Part shown: positions 39,091-51,570 of the stretch, in pieces
Layout of the letters: the number at the start of each line of letters is the position of its first letter
Numbering within the stretch: position 1 is the first letter of the stretch
NCBI RefSeq assembly: GCF_009914755.1
Contig: NC_060927.1
Source: the human T2T-CHM13v2.0 reference genome, Homo sapiens
Strand: one strand, 5' to 3'
DNA length: 64,000 nt
The notes under the pieces: model-generated
What the model was told of the DNA's origin: nothing
Database searches by the model: none
What the model saw: only the letters and a program-made list of their open reading frames with translations
Translations under genes and position numbers: made by a program

Positions 39091-41437
39091 TAGGAAATTT
39101 CACAGGGCTGCAAGGCCAGGAATTGTGGGGAGGAAGCAGGACTTTCAAAAAGAAAAATTAGGTCTCTGCTGCTAACCAGAAATGCCCAGCCAGGCCTTTG
39201 AGGTCTCAATGCCAGTCAAGTTTTCCAACAAATATACTTTCCAAATATACATTTTGTCTGACAAGAAAGCATTTTGAGTTCCGGCAACAGAAATGCAAGA
39301 GCTGAGGCAAAAGAGGTGGGCATGCAAGAGGAAGTGAGAACGGCTTACCTGCTCCTGTGGGCAGAGCCCAAGGGCCCCCTCTGTCTGGGCGGGCAGTCTC
39401 AGGCTTGCCAGGATGGTTTGTCCCCAGGGTCCTGGGCAGGCAGCAGGATAAGCGAGGTCAGTAACCCCATGAGTACTGACCACAAGGTCAGGGCATTTGA
39501 GAGAAAATGGAGACAGGATTGTCTCGTTCACTTATTAGTAGGCATTTGTCATATACCAGGTAAGGAAATAATCCTCCCATTGTCAATATATCTTAATCCT
39601 CGTGTTGTCTATATGTCTTTCAAGGCTTGCAGGGGAGGGAAATGCTTTGTCAGAAGAAATCCCTTTTCGGAGATAAATGCAGATGCACCTCCTTTTACAT
39701 AATGGGCATGGCCCTTAAAATGAAGTGTGTCTCACACATGATATTCGGGGCAGCAAGGAAACTTGCCTTTTCACACAGTCCTCCTAGAGCTTTTGAGGAC
39801 GTCACTCCTTAGGTGGGTTTTGTGTAAATTGAGTTTCCGTAAAGGTTTTTCTGCAATTTGGTTTCCAAAATAGCAACAAATACTATTCAGTAAAGGCAAG
39901 GAGGTGACAATCCTTAGTGCCTCAAGTCCTAGCCATCTCTGATGATCAATACTCATGGGATCTTCACTTCCTTGTTATTACTGCCTTCCCAACTGCCCTC
40001 TACCAGCCTGGTAACTGAGATGACCACAATTTTTTAAAAAAGAAAAAAATCCAACCACCTTAAAGCATTTAAAATTCAAATAAGAATTAGAAAAGCAGAG
40101 TTCTGAGAACAAGGTCAAAAGAAGGTCTCTTTCAGTTGTATGCAAGTGTCACAGTTAAATCCTTGTGAATAGAAGAATCCAGGAACTTCCATCCCTCAGA
40201 CAGGTTGAGAGAGTATGGAGCATAACTCTACAACCACCCAAAATATAGGATTTAGACAACTTCAATTTGGCCAAAAAAAAAAACGCAACTAACTAAGGCA
40301 TGAAATTCACACTGTGGAAAAGAAGAAATCATAAATTCCCTCCCTGATGCTAAGTCGCGTTCAGGCAAAAGCAAATTTTCTGGCAGTGAATCAACCATTA
40401 AAAAAAGCTGCTTGCAGCACAGGGCACAGAGCAGACTTCTCAAACACTGGTGCTTATTATTCTGCTTCCAGCCTTTATTTCTCCTACCCCTCCCCTCTGA
40501 AAGCCGCGCTCAAATACAGCAATCCATCCACAGAAGAGCTACGCCTTTCCAAGATTAATTACAAGCAGGGGCCACGTGTCTGGGCTGGATGTGTGATTGA
40601 TCCTGCAGGAGGAAATGCAGTGGGAAGCTAATGAGAAGCTAATGCTTGCTGCCTTTTATCCAGTAAGCAAAGTTCAAAGATGTTTACATTCTGCTAGTTA
40701 AGCAAGACCTAAGATGAATGGACTGTCTTCTCAGCATGAATTCTCGCCAAGGCAACACATGTATGTGTCTCAGAGGACCTCACCTGGGCCACAGAGGCCA
40801 GAGGGTCAGAACTCCTAATTTTGCAAATAGCTTGATTCCATCATGTTTTAATTAGCAAACTGATTATATTCAAGAGATTGGTGAATGAAAAGTAGATTAA
40901 GATCAGTGCAGCAGAATTGGGATATATAGGGTTAGAATTGGGATGTATAGACCAGTGGGAGGTATGGAGACTAGATAGGGGTCCTTGCAGCTAATTCTAT
41001 AATTGGCAGGCGAGAGAGTACTCTTAGCACACCCGATGAAATGTGCTAAGATGCTGGAATTTCCTAATTTTTACAGAAAAGAAGTCTTGTTTTTTGCTAC
41101 ATCCTCCCCCGGGAGAAAAATTAAAAACTGAGTATGGGATTCATCAAAACAATAAAAGGAGGAGGAAAATATTCCATGTGGCATAGCTATACCTTGGAAA
41201 AAATAAATGACAAAGAGAGTTGGTAATTCAGGAGGTCCACCCTCGACTCTGATGCCTAGCAGCTGAAATGGCATCACACCAAAGATGTGTTGTGTAGCCC
41301 TGTAGCCTGGAAAGCTCCTGGTCTCTATGGCCACTTGCTAGCTATGACTTTGGGTAAGCTAATTGTCATTTCAAAGTTTCCATTTCCTTAAGTGAGAAAT
41401 TGGTAAAACAGTACTATTTCAATTAAAGAAGATAATG

Positions 41438-41802
<365 letters not shown>

Positions 41803-42384
41803 CTATTTGTTAGACGTTCCAGTAGCACCTGGGAAAAGCAGGAGGGAAAGGGCAGTGTTCAGTGGCTGGGTTGGCAAGGGAAGCATACTGCTCTTTTGTG
41901 TAGCAAAATACTTTTCACACAGAGGGCAAAAATCCTGTCCTGACACCTCTGACACCAAATAGGTTTAATGTCCTCCCCTCACAGTTACCATAATGATGTC
42001 TAGGCACTCACATCAGGATGCATATTCAGCTCTGTCCAAACATGGGACTTTCAAATCTATACATGCACACCATCATCTAAAAACCACTCATAGGTCTTAG
42101 CAAGAATTAGTCTAGACTAACACAAAAAGGACTGTATGGAGCTGAAGGCTATTTGGAGCAAGAAATCAGCCAGGGTGAACTGTGGTTTAACAGCAGTGAG
42201 CACCGCCTCATCTCTAGAGTCTGTGTTGGAAACCAGGCCCCATGCTGGCAGCTTTCCCTCCCCAGTCCCACATAACTCTCACAACATCTACATGAAGGCT
42301 GTGAGGAGATGAGGAAGCAGATGGATGGAGAATTGGAGAGGGAAGCCCAGGTGCTTTGCAGGGGCTCCATAACCATAATGGCCA

Positions 42385-42610
42385 TTATTTATGGGGCACT
42401 TATGGTGTTCCCAGCGGCATGCCATGCACCTCACGTGTACTTTTTTATTTAATCCTCAAAATAACCCTGCTGTGTAAAACCAAGTCTCACCATTGCTAAT
42501 GTGGGGATTGTAAGAGTCTCACAGGTCAAGCAACTTGCCCAAAGTCACACAGCAGCAGGCCTAGGACTCAGGCCCCGGGGAACCTAATCACAGTCCCAGC
42601 GCTTATACCC
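42385..42610 (-). mobile_element. MIR SINE
   Basis: 'tttaatcctcaaaataaccct...ggtcaagcaacttgcccaaagtcacacag'. Confidence 0.75.
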
Positions 42611-42849
42611 CCAGAATGCTTCCTCACATCCACCAAAGGCTACCAAGGTAACATAGAGACCAGCGGGAGGCATGAAGACTAGATAGGCATCCTTGCAGCC
42701 AGATTTCTGTAATTCGCAGGCAAGAGAGTACAGTTAATATCTGAAGACCCTAAAAGATATGCCCTGTGGAATTTTACCATGCGCTCTGCCTATGTACTAT
42801 GCAAATGGCAGTGAGTTTTGACAAATTTCCCAGTCTATGCTAATATCAG

Positions 42850-43090
42850 CTTACATTTACCCACTGCCTGCTATATGTGTACCAGCACTGTTCTGAGTGA
42901 TTGACATGTATTAACGCAGAATCCTTACAGCAATCCTGTGTGGCCGGTGCTATGGTTATGCCTATTTTACAGATAAGCAAAATGAGGCCAGAGAGGTAAA
43001 GCAACATGCTTAGTGTCACAGAGGTAGAAGCGGTCCAGCTGGGATTTGAACCTGAGCAAATGTGGCTACAAGGCCCACCCAGGCTCTTAC
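42850..43090 (-). mobile_element. MIR SINE
   Basis: 'cctattttacagataagcaaaatgaggccagagaggtaaagcaac...ctgggatttgaacc'. Confidence 0.85.
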
Positions 43091-44429
43091 CTGCACGGGG
43101 ACATGAACTAGAAGAGCAGCACACTGTGGGGCCTGGAGATTCGGCTCCTCCATGTGTCAGGTGAATACCTGACACTGGTGACTGCAGGAAGGGATGTGCC
43201 TCATCTAACAATTCATGTGAATGATTCCACCAAGCCTTAAAGAGGACAGCACCAAAGACAAGTGACAGGTATGCTTTCCATTCAACCATCCTCAAGCCCT
43301 TCATGTCCTTTATGGTAACTGTGAGGGTAGAACGTTAAACCTATTTGGTGTCAGGACAGGACAGGATTTTCCAGCCATGGAAAAGAGATGTTTAGCTGAT
43401 CTTCCTGTTTTAACCCTTTTCACTTAGCGTATTCAGCTGACGCTGGGTGGGGCTGCCAGAAACAGTTTGGAGGCATGCTGAGTGCCGTGACATCCTTGTC
43501 TGAAAGACATGGCCGCTGGCTGGCATCCAACACTGTGGTTGACTTTCAAACCATTTAATTGAAATCATTTTTTTAAAAGGAGGGGTAGGTGCCAGAGTAG
43601 GAGAAAGATCTTGGCAAAAACCTTATACGCACTTTTTCCACCACTGGCTTGACCAGACAGGGCCACAAAGCCGATACAACAGGATTAGCAAAATTGCATT
43701 GTTGGACATAGGCACAGCGTGACAGGTGGTACAGCAAAGGCATTTGGCAGGATTAACCTGCCAAGGATAAAGATGTAGCAGACAAGGGGCTGAATTAATG
43801 GATTGGCATGACCAAAGCAGGGAAATCTATTTGCATGCAATATTAACTGTGCTAATAAACTCCAGGCTGAGCTCAGCAGGCCAGGCAGCCTCTTTGAACC
43901 AGGGGTTTTATTTTTCACCTAGAAGGCTTCTGCCAAGATAGGCTAAAACAAACAAGCTTTACAGGTTGCCTTTTGGTTTTTTTGCCATCATCTTAAAGTA
44001 GACATGCTGTCTTAAATGCCTACAATAACATGTATGCTTTACTGACCATGTAGAATGATCCTAATACCTCAGAATTTGGAAGCCAAAAGGTCCTCCATTT
44101 AGAGGGTGATTGTCTATGAAAAAGCAGTGAAGAAATATAGATACGGCACACTCTGGAAAACACCTACTTGGGATAGGTTGTTTTATCTGAGTTTTATATT
44201 CTGATTTCCTGAAAGTCGGGGGGGTCTGGAGTGAGCAGGCAAGATGTCCAAGATGCAGAATCTCAGGAAGCACCCATGGTCTAGCTCAGACGAGAGCAGG
44301 ATCAGCACGGAGGGTGCCTCTCTCCTCTCGCCCTGGCCCCATCCTGGCAACAGCATAACATCCACCCATTCAAAACCATGAGTGGACTTGAATACACTTC
44401 ACACTGACACTAACTGCACTGCTGAGTGT

Positions 44430-44680
44430 TGGGCAGTAGTCCAGGAAGCGTTGTAAGAGACTGAGGAAGGGAGCCAGTAAAGGTTATCCATCAGGTTACT
44501 GCTGCTGGCACATGCGGACCTCTGTGAGCTGGTGTAGAACACATCTCAGGGTTATCCCACCCAGGGGGCCAGAGAGCCGGGTGTTTATCCACTAACCCCC
44601 GTCCGTCACTGGTTGATGCTCCTTGGGAATGTTAACTCCTTGGCACTCAGCCAGCCCACATGCAGCCTGAAGACCCCTGC
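44430..44680 (-). mobile_element. ERVL LTR fragment (LTR33-like)
   Basis: 'gtgtagaacacatctcagggttatcccacccagggggccagagagccgggtgtttatccac'. Confidence 0.55.
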
Positions 44681-45471
44681 TCTGGCAGGGGTCTGGACTG
44701 GGAGTTTGGGTGGCCATGGAGATGAAGAAATGCACTTAATATGGCAAAATATTGGAACTTTCTGGACATTCTGATGATTCACAGGGGACACAAAGAACAG
44801 ATTTTTACTATCATAGTGCCCTTACACCCCCTGCTTTGCAGGAACTCCTTATGGAATGGAAGCACATCCAGGCTGAAGGCCCCTGTGTTCCAGATGCTGT
44901 GTGAGTGTTGACCTGCCAGGCGACTCCACGATGGCTTCCGTCCTCAGGTTCACCATCAACTAAGACAGACTGAAGATGTAAGTAGTAATGGAAGGACACA
45001 AAAGGTACAAGAGTCAGAGGCCAGGCCAAGAGTGCAAGCTGAGCAATGGGCAAGGAAGGCCTCCTTGATGGCTAGCTCCAGAACTGGGACTGCAGAAAGA
45101 GGAATTTTCTCGATAGAAAGGGGTGTGGGCCTTCCAGTCAGGTTCAGATCCACAGAAGCATGCACATGTGGTATGCTGGGGCACCACTGCACCACCGGGG
45201 AGGGTCATGCTGGAAAAGAGGCTGCAGGATCTGGGACTCACTCTATCCTGGGGCAATGGGGAGTTTAGGAGAGGGTGAGTCAGATCAGCATGAAGTTAGC
45301 CTAGAGTCAGGAAGATGAGTTAAGAGGTCTGACAGTCTATTGAAGTAAAATTATTCATTACAGAATAGCACCATGTATGTTTCTAAAATACTTGGTGCCA
45401 TATTTATTCTCCTGAGGGATTCATCTGAGCACTTAGAAAAGAATAACTGGGCCATTGAGTCTTGGTTGAAA

Positions 45472-45900
45472 TCATTCATTCATCCAACCAGTATTCATCA
45501 AGCATCTCCCACATGGCCAACGCTGGGAACCCAGTGTTGAAGTTGGAGGAGACTTCACTCACATGCCATGAGAAGTGCAAGGAAGAGGACCAGCTACCTG
45601 TAGAGCATGTTACAGAGGAGTCAGGTCTGGTCTGAGGTTGGAGGTCCAGGAAGTGACTGGAGTTGAAGCTTGAAGGAGTTGGTATTCAACATGCAGAACT
45701 GGGAAAAAGGCATTCCAGGCAGAGGAAGCAGCTTGTGTGAGGGCACTGGGGTGAGAGGGAGCATGGTTCATTTGAGAAGTTAAGAAAGCACAGAGAGGAG
45801 GAGAATAGGGAGGGTTAGGGGAAGAGGGGGTAGGGCCTGTGCCAGGCCTGGCCCTGCCCTTTAAGGTGCCAAGTCCTTGCAAGCATTGGAAGTTAAAACA
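45472..45900 (-). mobile_element. L2 fragment
   Basis: 'tcattcattcatccaaccagtattc', 'ggcattccaggcagaggaagcagcttgtgtgagggcactggggtg'. Confidence 0.75.
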
Positions 45901-47903
45901 TGATGGCCATTTATTGATGATTTATTGATCTCTCTGTATCCCCTTGGGCACTAGCGGATTCTCGACAGAACCACAAAGTGGAGTTGGCTGCAGATGAGTC
46001 TGTTCATGGCCCCAGTTTCTCACCTATTCCTGAGTCACCTTTTGCCCCTCAGACACAGAGATGGGATAGCGCCAGGATGTGGGTTTGTGTTGTCTAATTT
46101 CTTGGAGTTTGTACAGGTTTTACCTGGTACCAGCGTGACCTTCCCATGTACCCTCTTGGTCAGCAACTTTTTACAAGGAGTTAATCCCACTTTCTGGAAC
46201 TTGCTCATTCTCAAAGTGAGTGGTTATTGGTCCTCAAGACAGTCCGCAGAAATTTCAGCCCCATGGGAAAGAAAAAATTCCAGGTCTCTACCTGATGCTT
46301 GGAAAGCCAGCCATGTTAACTTAGTCAACACCAATGCTCATCAAATACACACATTTATCTAGTGTTCCCAACCTACATTCCCAGCCTGGGATTCTGTGGG
46401 CCAGAGGCCCCAGTGTAGAGATTATAGCCTAATGTCCCAGCAGAGAATCACTGATTGCAGATAGGAAAAATCCAGACATTTCTGAACTCCAAGACCACAG
46501 TGATTTATGTGGCCTGGTGATAAGCTATGATTGATATATTACTCAAAGTTTCTGCTTCCCCCAACTCTGGCAAGAACTTTGGCAGAACTTCTATGCCATA
46601 TCCAGTACTAGGAAGTTGCCAAGTTTATGTCCTTAAAATAAAGTGGGTTCCAAGATAGATGGCAGAAAGTGGGAAATGTGATTTTTCTTGATTGGGTAAC
46701 TAAGAACCACACAGCATGCGGGAGCCATTTTGGGCCAAAGAGCTGTTCATTTAAAGTGTTTATTGACACCTGGAAATAGGGTTTAAACTTCAAATGCTAT
46801 TTTCACATCAAGTTTATGCTATATAATTTCATAATGGTGATAAAATCCAGGCAGCTACCAAAAGGAGAGCTCCCAAGTGATCTTACTACTGGGTTTCCGT
46901 AGTACAGACATTCAGGATCCTGGACCCGCTGAAGCCAGGGGAGGAAGCACCCTGGCGGGTCACTGGCTGATGGAAGGACAGGCGCCGTGATGGTTAAGTG
47001 TGTCCATGTTGGCTACCTGATTTCTTTTCAGCCAGTCTCAGCTTTGGTTGGTTTGTTTGACTGCCTCAAATCCTCGGTGGTCACCCTTATTTTTTATCTG
47101 GAATGTGTTCCCCACTCTGTAGAGGACTGAGCAGGGAGATTGCTGTGCATCCTTGAAGGGTTCCATTTTGACCCTGATCATCCTCAGTAGACATGGAAGC
47201 TACTCCAAGCGTGGCCTTGGAGGTTTGGGGACCCTGGACAGCATACAAATGGAGGGGTGAGGGGCAGCCGAGGGAAAGAAATTACTCAGAATATGCAGTA
47301 AGAACCATGTCTGGTTTCTGGTTTCTGTGTTTGGCAACACAGTAATGGGATTCCTTGCATTTCTCCCAGAAAAGCATTGGTGGGGAAAAAACTTTGTTCT
47401 GGGAGGTATGGTGATCATCAAATGCTATGAAGGCCCACACTGGACATACTTAAGCTGTGGAGGGCTGTGTTTCCCTTTGAGCATTTATTGAAGGCAGATC
47501 CTCTTCCCAGAGAAATACCAACACACAGGTAAGTTTGTGTTCAGGACCCGGGACTCCTTGGAGCCATGGATACCCACCCATGACCCCTATGGGATGGGGA
47601 AGTTCACAAAAGGCACAACGAAAAAAAGTCTTTCAGGTGGGGCTGGGGAAGGCAGTGAAATGTTAGCATATGCTTGCTTCCCGGTTCTCACTTCTGGCTG
47701 TTCTCTGTCCTCTCTCCACCTCCGGCAGCAGCAGCACAAAGGCATCTCTACGCCCATCGGCCTGCCCCAGAGACCTCCCTGGCATGGTGTGGTGGGGCAG
47801 CTGGTGTTGTGAATCAGGCCGTTGCCAATCAGAGAACGGCTACTTCACAACACCAGGGCCACACCACACTACAGGCAGCATTCCAGCTCCAGAACCCGCA
47901 AGG

Positions 47904-47917
47904 GCGCCCTCTGGCGA
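47904..47917 (-). promoter_or_regulatory. Candidate CTCF motif in a CpG-enriched patch
   Basis: Minus strand TCGCCAGAGGGCGC is 13/14 to the core CCRSYAGRKGGCRS. Local CpG density is well above the rest of the window. Confidence 0.6.
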
Positions 47918-49270
47918 GGCAGCTACACCCGTCACAGAGGACCCTCGGCTCCAGAACCCAGGCACGCGGCTTTCCAGTTCTGGGCTGGCTGCTGCAGCTC
48001 CCCTGCAGACACTGGCCTCCTGAGGCTGCTGTTTATCCCCCAACACAAATGCTCCACTTTTAAAGAAAAAGACACTCCTGGTAACATTAGCTTCCTACAG
48101 AGAAAATGGTGCTACCAGGTTTCCCACTGTGAAAATGAAGTTATGGGCCATCAGGAGGGTTAAGCGCCACTCAACTGAACATTTCCTCCTAGGTGCCAAA
48201 ACACACAATGGTTGCGGAGTTGGGACCTTTGTTTTGATACTTGGTGATGGTAGCTTTGAATAGGGCAAAGTAGAGGGAAGGGAGGACCTAGTAATAGGAC
48301 GGTGGCCTCCTGGAGAGAGGAAGGCTCTTTGTAGCCACACATGCAGGTAATGCATCCACTTCCTAGATGGTCCCAGGGTCCCTGGAAAGCAAACACCTTT
48401 CTTGGCCAGGGAGAGTTCCACAGCTCTCCATCAGTGCATGTCCCAGTGACCTGAGGGCTGGACGAGAACCAAGCATGGGATTGTTCCTAGGGCACTGATC
48501 TGCCAGACACTCCATCAAAGGTAATACTTGCCATCACCTGTGCTGACAGATGGGCTTCCTTTCCCCAGGTCCTTACAGCCATGGACCCAGCAGAGCTGGA
48601 AAACTAATGGAGGTCTCTAGAGTTGGAGTAGTATTTTGTGCCTAACTTAAATCTTATATGTGACATCACCATTTTTCAGAGCCCAAGCAAGAGTTTTCAA
48701 GATAGAGTGGCTGGGTTGGCTGGTGTCCTTTCCATAACGCTAATAAAAAGGAGGATATTCCTCTCTCTAGTTTTCTACAGGACAAAGATCCAGAGCCACT
48801 CTGATTAACTCAGGCCCAGTCTATAGTCTGTTTGTATAGGGTTCTTGCTGCTCTGAAAACCAGAGAGACGGATAAAAACAAGCACCATGCAAACCTTGCA
48901 TAGCACCCAGGTTACATAGAGCCTGAGTTAACCAGAGCCACCTGCATCTGTATCACCTTAGAATTATGGAGGGTGAGTCTACTTCTGTAAAGTTCTATCC
49001 CTCACTCCATCCCTATATCGTTAAGGGCATCTCTGAAATTTGTACTAAATTATGTTTAGGGACAAATATCTTCAAAGCAAAATAGTCCCAGTTTTCAGAA
49101 AGGGCTTCTTGCTGTCTCCTAAGAATTCATCCAGTTACCAACTCCCCTACGACCAACGGAGTCCAAGCTAGAGCCACTCATGGTGTGGTCCATGGGTGGC
49201 AGCTTCAGCATGTTGGAAAAGCAGGATCCCAGGGACCACCATGCACCTGCTCCATCAGAATCTCCAGTGG

Positions 49271-49484
49271 CCAACTCGGGGAACATAGCCAGACCTAATC
49301 TCTATAAAGAATGTTTTTAAAAATTAGACAGGGGTGTGGTGGCACACACCTGTAGTCTCATCATCTCCTCAGGCAGCTGAGGTGGGAGGACGTTTTGAGC
49401 CCAGGAGTTTGAGGCTGCAGTGAGCAGAGATTGTGCCACTATACTCCACCTTGGGTAACAGCAAGACCCTGTTTTAAAAAAAAA
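49271..49484 (+). mobile_element. 5'-truncated AluJ inserted in a MER5A (MER5A spans ~49170-49560)
   Basis: J right arm (gagcccaggagtttgaggctgcagtgag). Perfect TSD aatctccagtgg at 49259-49270 and 49485-49496. Confidence 0.92.
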
Positions 49485-49589
49485 AATCTCCAGTGGGGAC
49501 AGCAAGCTGGGCAGGAACTATGTTACAGGCACTCCAGGGGATGCTTCAAAACCACTTCCACCCTTTTTGGGTCTCCCCACAACCTCTCC

Positions 49590-50160
49590 AGCTTCCATTT
49601 CAGCCTTATCTCTTCCACATGTTATAACCAGAATGATCTTTTCAAAATGCACTCCTAAATCACGCAAATGCCTCCCATTCCTGGCCTTATAACTGCTTAA
49701 AGGGTTGTCCTCACGCTAACTTCAGTGGGACCCATGAATGACATCCACTCCCTTCCCTACCCTCCTCCCTTTTTATAAGATCCCTCTGGCCCCTGCCCCA
49801 GGGCCTTCGTTCAGCTCCACCCTATCTAGAAGGCTCCCAGCTGCCTCCAGACTCCCATCATTGATGCCTGACCGTCCTCCAAGTTTCAGACAGAGCCAAC
49901 TCCCACTACCCAGAAGGCCAGGTCAGGTAACAGCTCTCCCGTGCACTCAGCAAGCTGAATTCCATCCCTTCAGAGCATTCATCTCATTTTGTCATTACTC
50001 GTTCATTAGTGGGAATCTTTGCTGAATCTGTGTCTTTCCCACTGGTCATAAGCTCCTTGAGGGCAGGAATATTCAGCTTCATTCACTGCTGTACCCTCCA
50101 GCCTAGTTCAGTGTCTGGCACTGAGTAGACACTGAATAAATCTGTTCAATGAATGGATGA
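49590..50160 (+). mobile_element. L2 3' region
   Basis: 'ataagctccttgagggcaggaa...gtgtctggcactgagtagacactgaataaatctgttcaatgaatggatga'. Confidence 0.8.
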
Positions 50161-51411
50161 GCACAGCCCAAGCCCAGCGTCCTTCAAGGTCAGACACTCT
50201 TGCTATTTGTTGAAGCCCTGGGTCTTTGTTTCCTTTCAGTGGTATCATCATTAATAGCAGCAGGCAATTACAGAATAGAAACTGTGCCAGGCACTGCCCT
50301 GAGCCCTCCATTTACATTTAGCCATGTACTCGGTACCTCCATTTCCTCCTCATAAGCAGGCAGGTCATGTAACCACCCTATCAGGTAAGTACCAAGACCA
50401 CACCATCCATATTGTTGGTGATTGGTGTCGCTGCTGTTTAAACCCAAGCACTCTGGCCTCAGAGTCCATGTGCTGAGCCACTGCTCCCTGCTGCTGAGGA
50501 GCCAGCATGAAGGGGACAAAGCTGATGATGGAAGTCCAGGGCCGCTCCCAGGGACTGAGCAAAGCCTTCTCCATTCTCAGAGGCTTCCACTCTGGTTTCT
50601 TAAACCAGGTAGACCAGGCAGTGTTCTCTCCCTTTGTGCATTTGTAGATTCTAACCTTGTTTAAAGCACTTCATAATGGAACCTGATTAAAAACCTAATA
50701 AAATATAAAATGGGGTCAAGTCCAGAGAGAGAATGAGAGAACCATTTAAGATCCAGAGGATGCTCTACTTAATTTTGGTATTGAGCTGCTGAATTCATTT
50801 GAAGTTTGTACAGTGACCTTCAGAGGTTGAGACTGCAAAGGCAAATTGTGCTCCCCACCCACCTCACCCCACCCCTGCCCAGAACTCTTTCCTCAAGGCT
50901 AGCCTAGGGGAGCACAACCTTGGGCTGCTTCCCCTGCATGCTTAGATCCAGCCAGAGCCCCCCTGCTGGGCCACAGACCTCCATCCCCATAGCGGCTTCT
51001 TTTCCAAAGTGCATTCACCTCATTGAGAACAGCCTCTCCCCTCCTGAACATTCCAGACATTCCACTCAGGCTGACTTAATGCCACCTGGCCAGAAAAAAA
51101 CAGTGTCCATTCCCCCTTTTCTAAAACCTTGATTTTGTGATCGTTTGAACCTTTGAGTTTAGAATCACTGTATTATAACTTCCTTGGGATCCTACCTTTG
51201 CAGCTAGCCACATTCCAAATTATAAGACTCTCTCTGGAAGCCCGTTGTAGACAACCAAAAGCCCTGATGATGTAAGGGAGCTCGCCAGACACACACTTTC
51301 ATACTCACCACCTTGTCTTAAGCTGCTTACCATCTGCTGGCCCCAGTCAGCTCTTCTGGGAAAAGCTGCGTTTGGAAAAGGAGTTCCCCGAATGTATTTA
51401 ATATCAAATGG

Positions 51412-51570
51412 AGCAATGGTTCTCAAAGTGTGCTCCCTGGAGCAGCAGCAGCACCAGCATCTCCTGGGAACGCTTTAGACATGCACATCCTCCAGCCCCA
51501 CCCACCCCTGCTGAGTTAGAAGCTCTGCGGTGAGGCCAGTGCACTCAAGTTTGGGAACTACCAATATAGA
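51412..51570. mobile_element. MER5A MITE
   Basis: 'caatggttctcaaagtgtgctccctggagcagcagc...caagtttgggaactacc'. Confidence 0.8.

Noticed and set aside
47537-48421. Several overlapping ORFs up to 129 aa
   Set aside because: They are a by-product of local GC richness. I see no recognisable protein similarity or coherent exon structure.
48515-48570. Donor (AAG|GTAATA) and acceptor (ttccccAG) pair
   Set aside because: The implied intron is only ~48 nt, below the usual human minimum.
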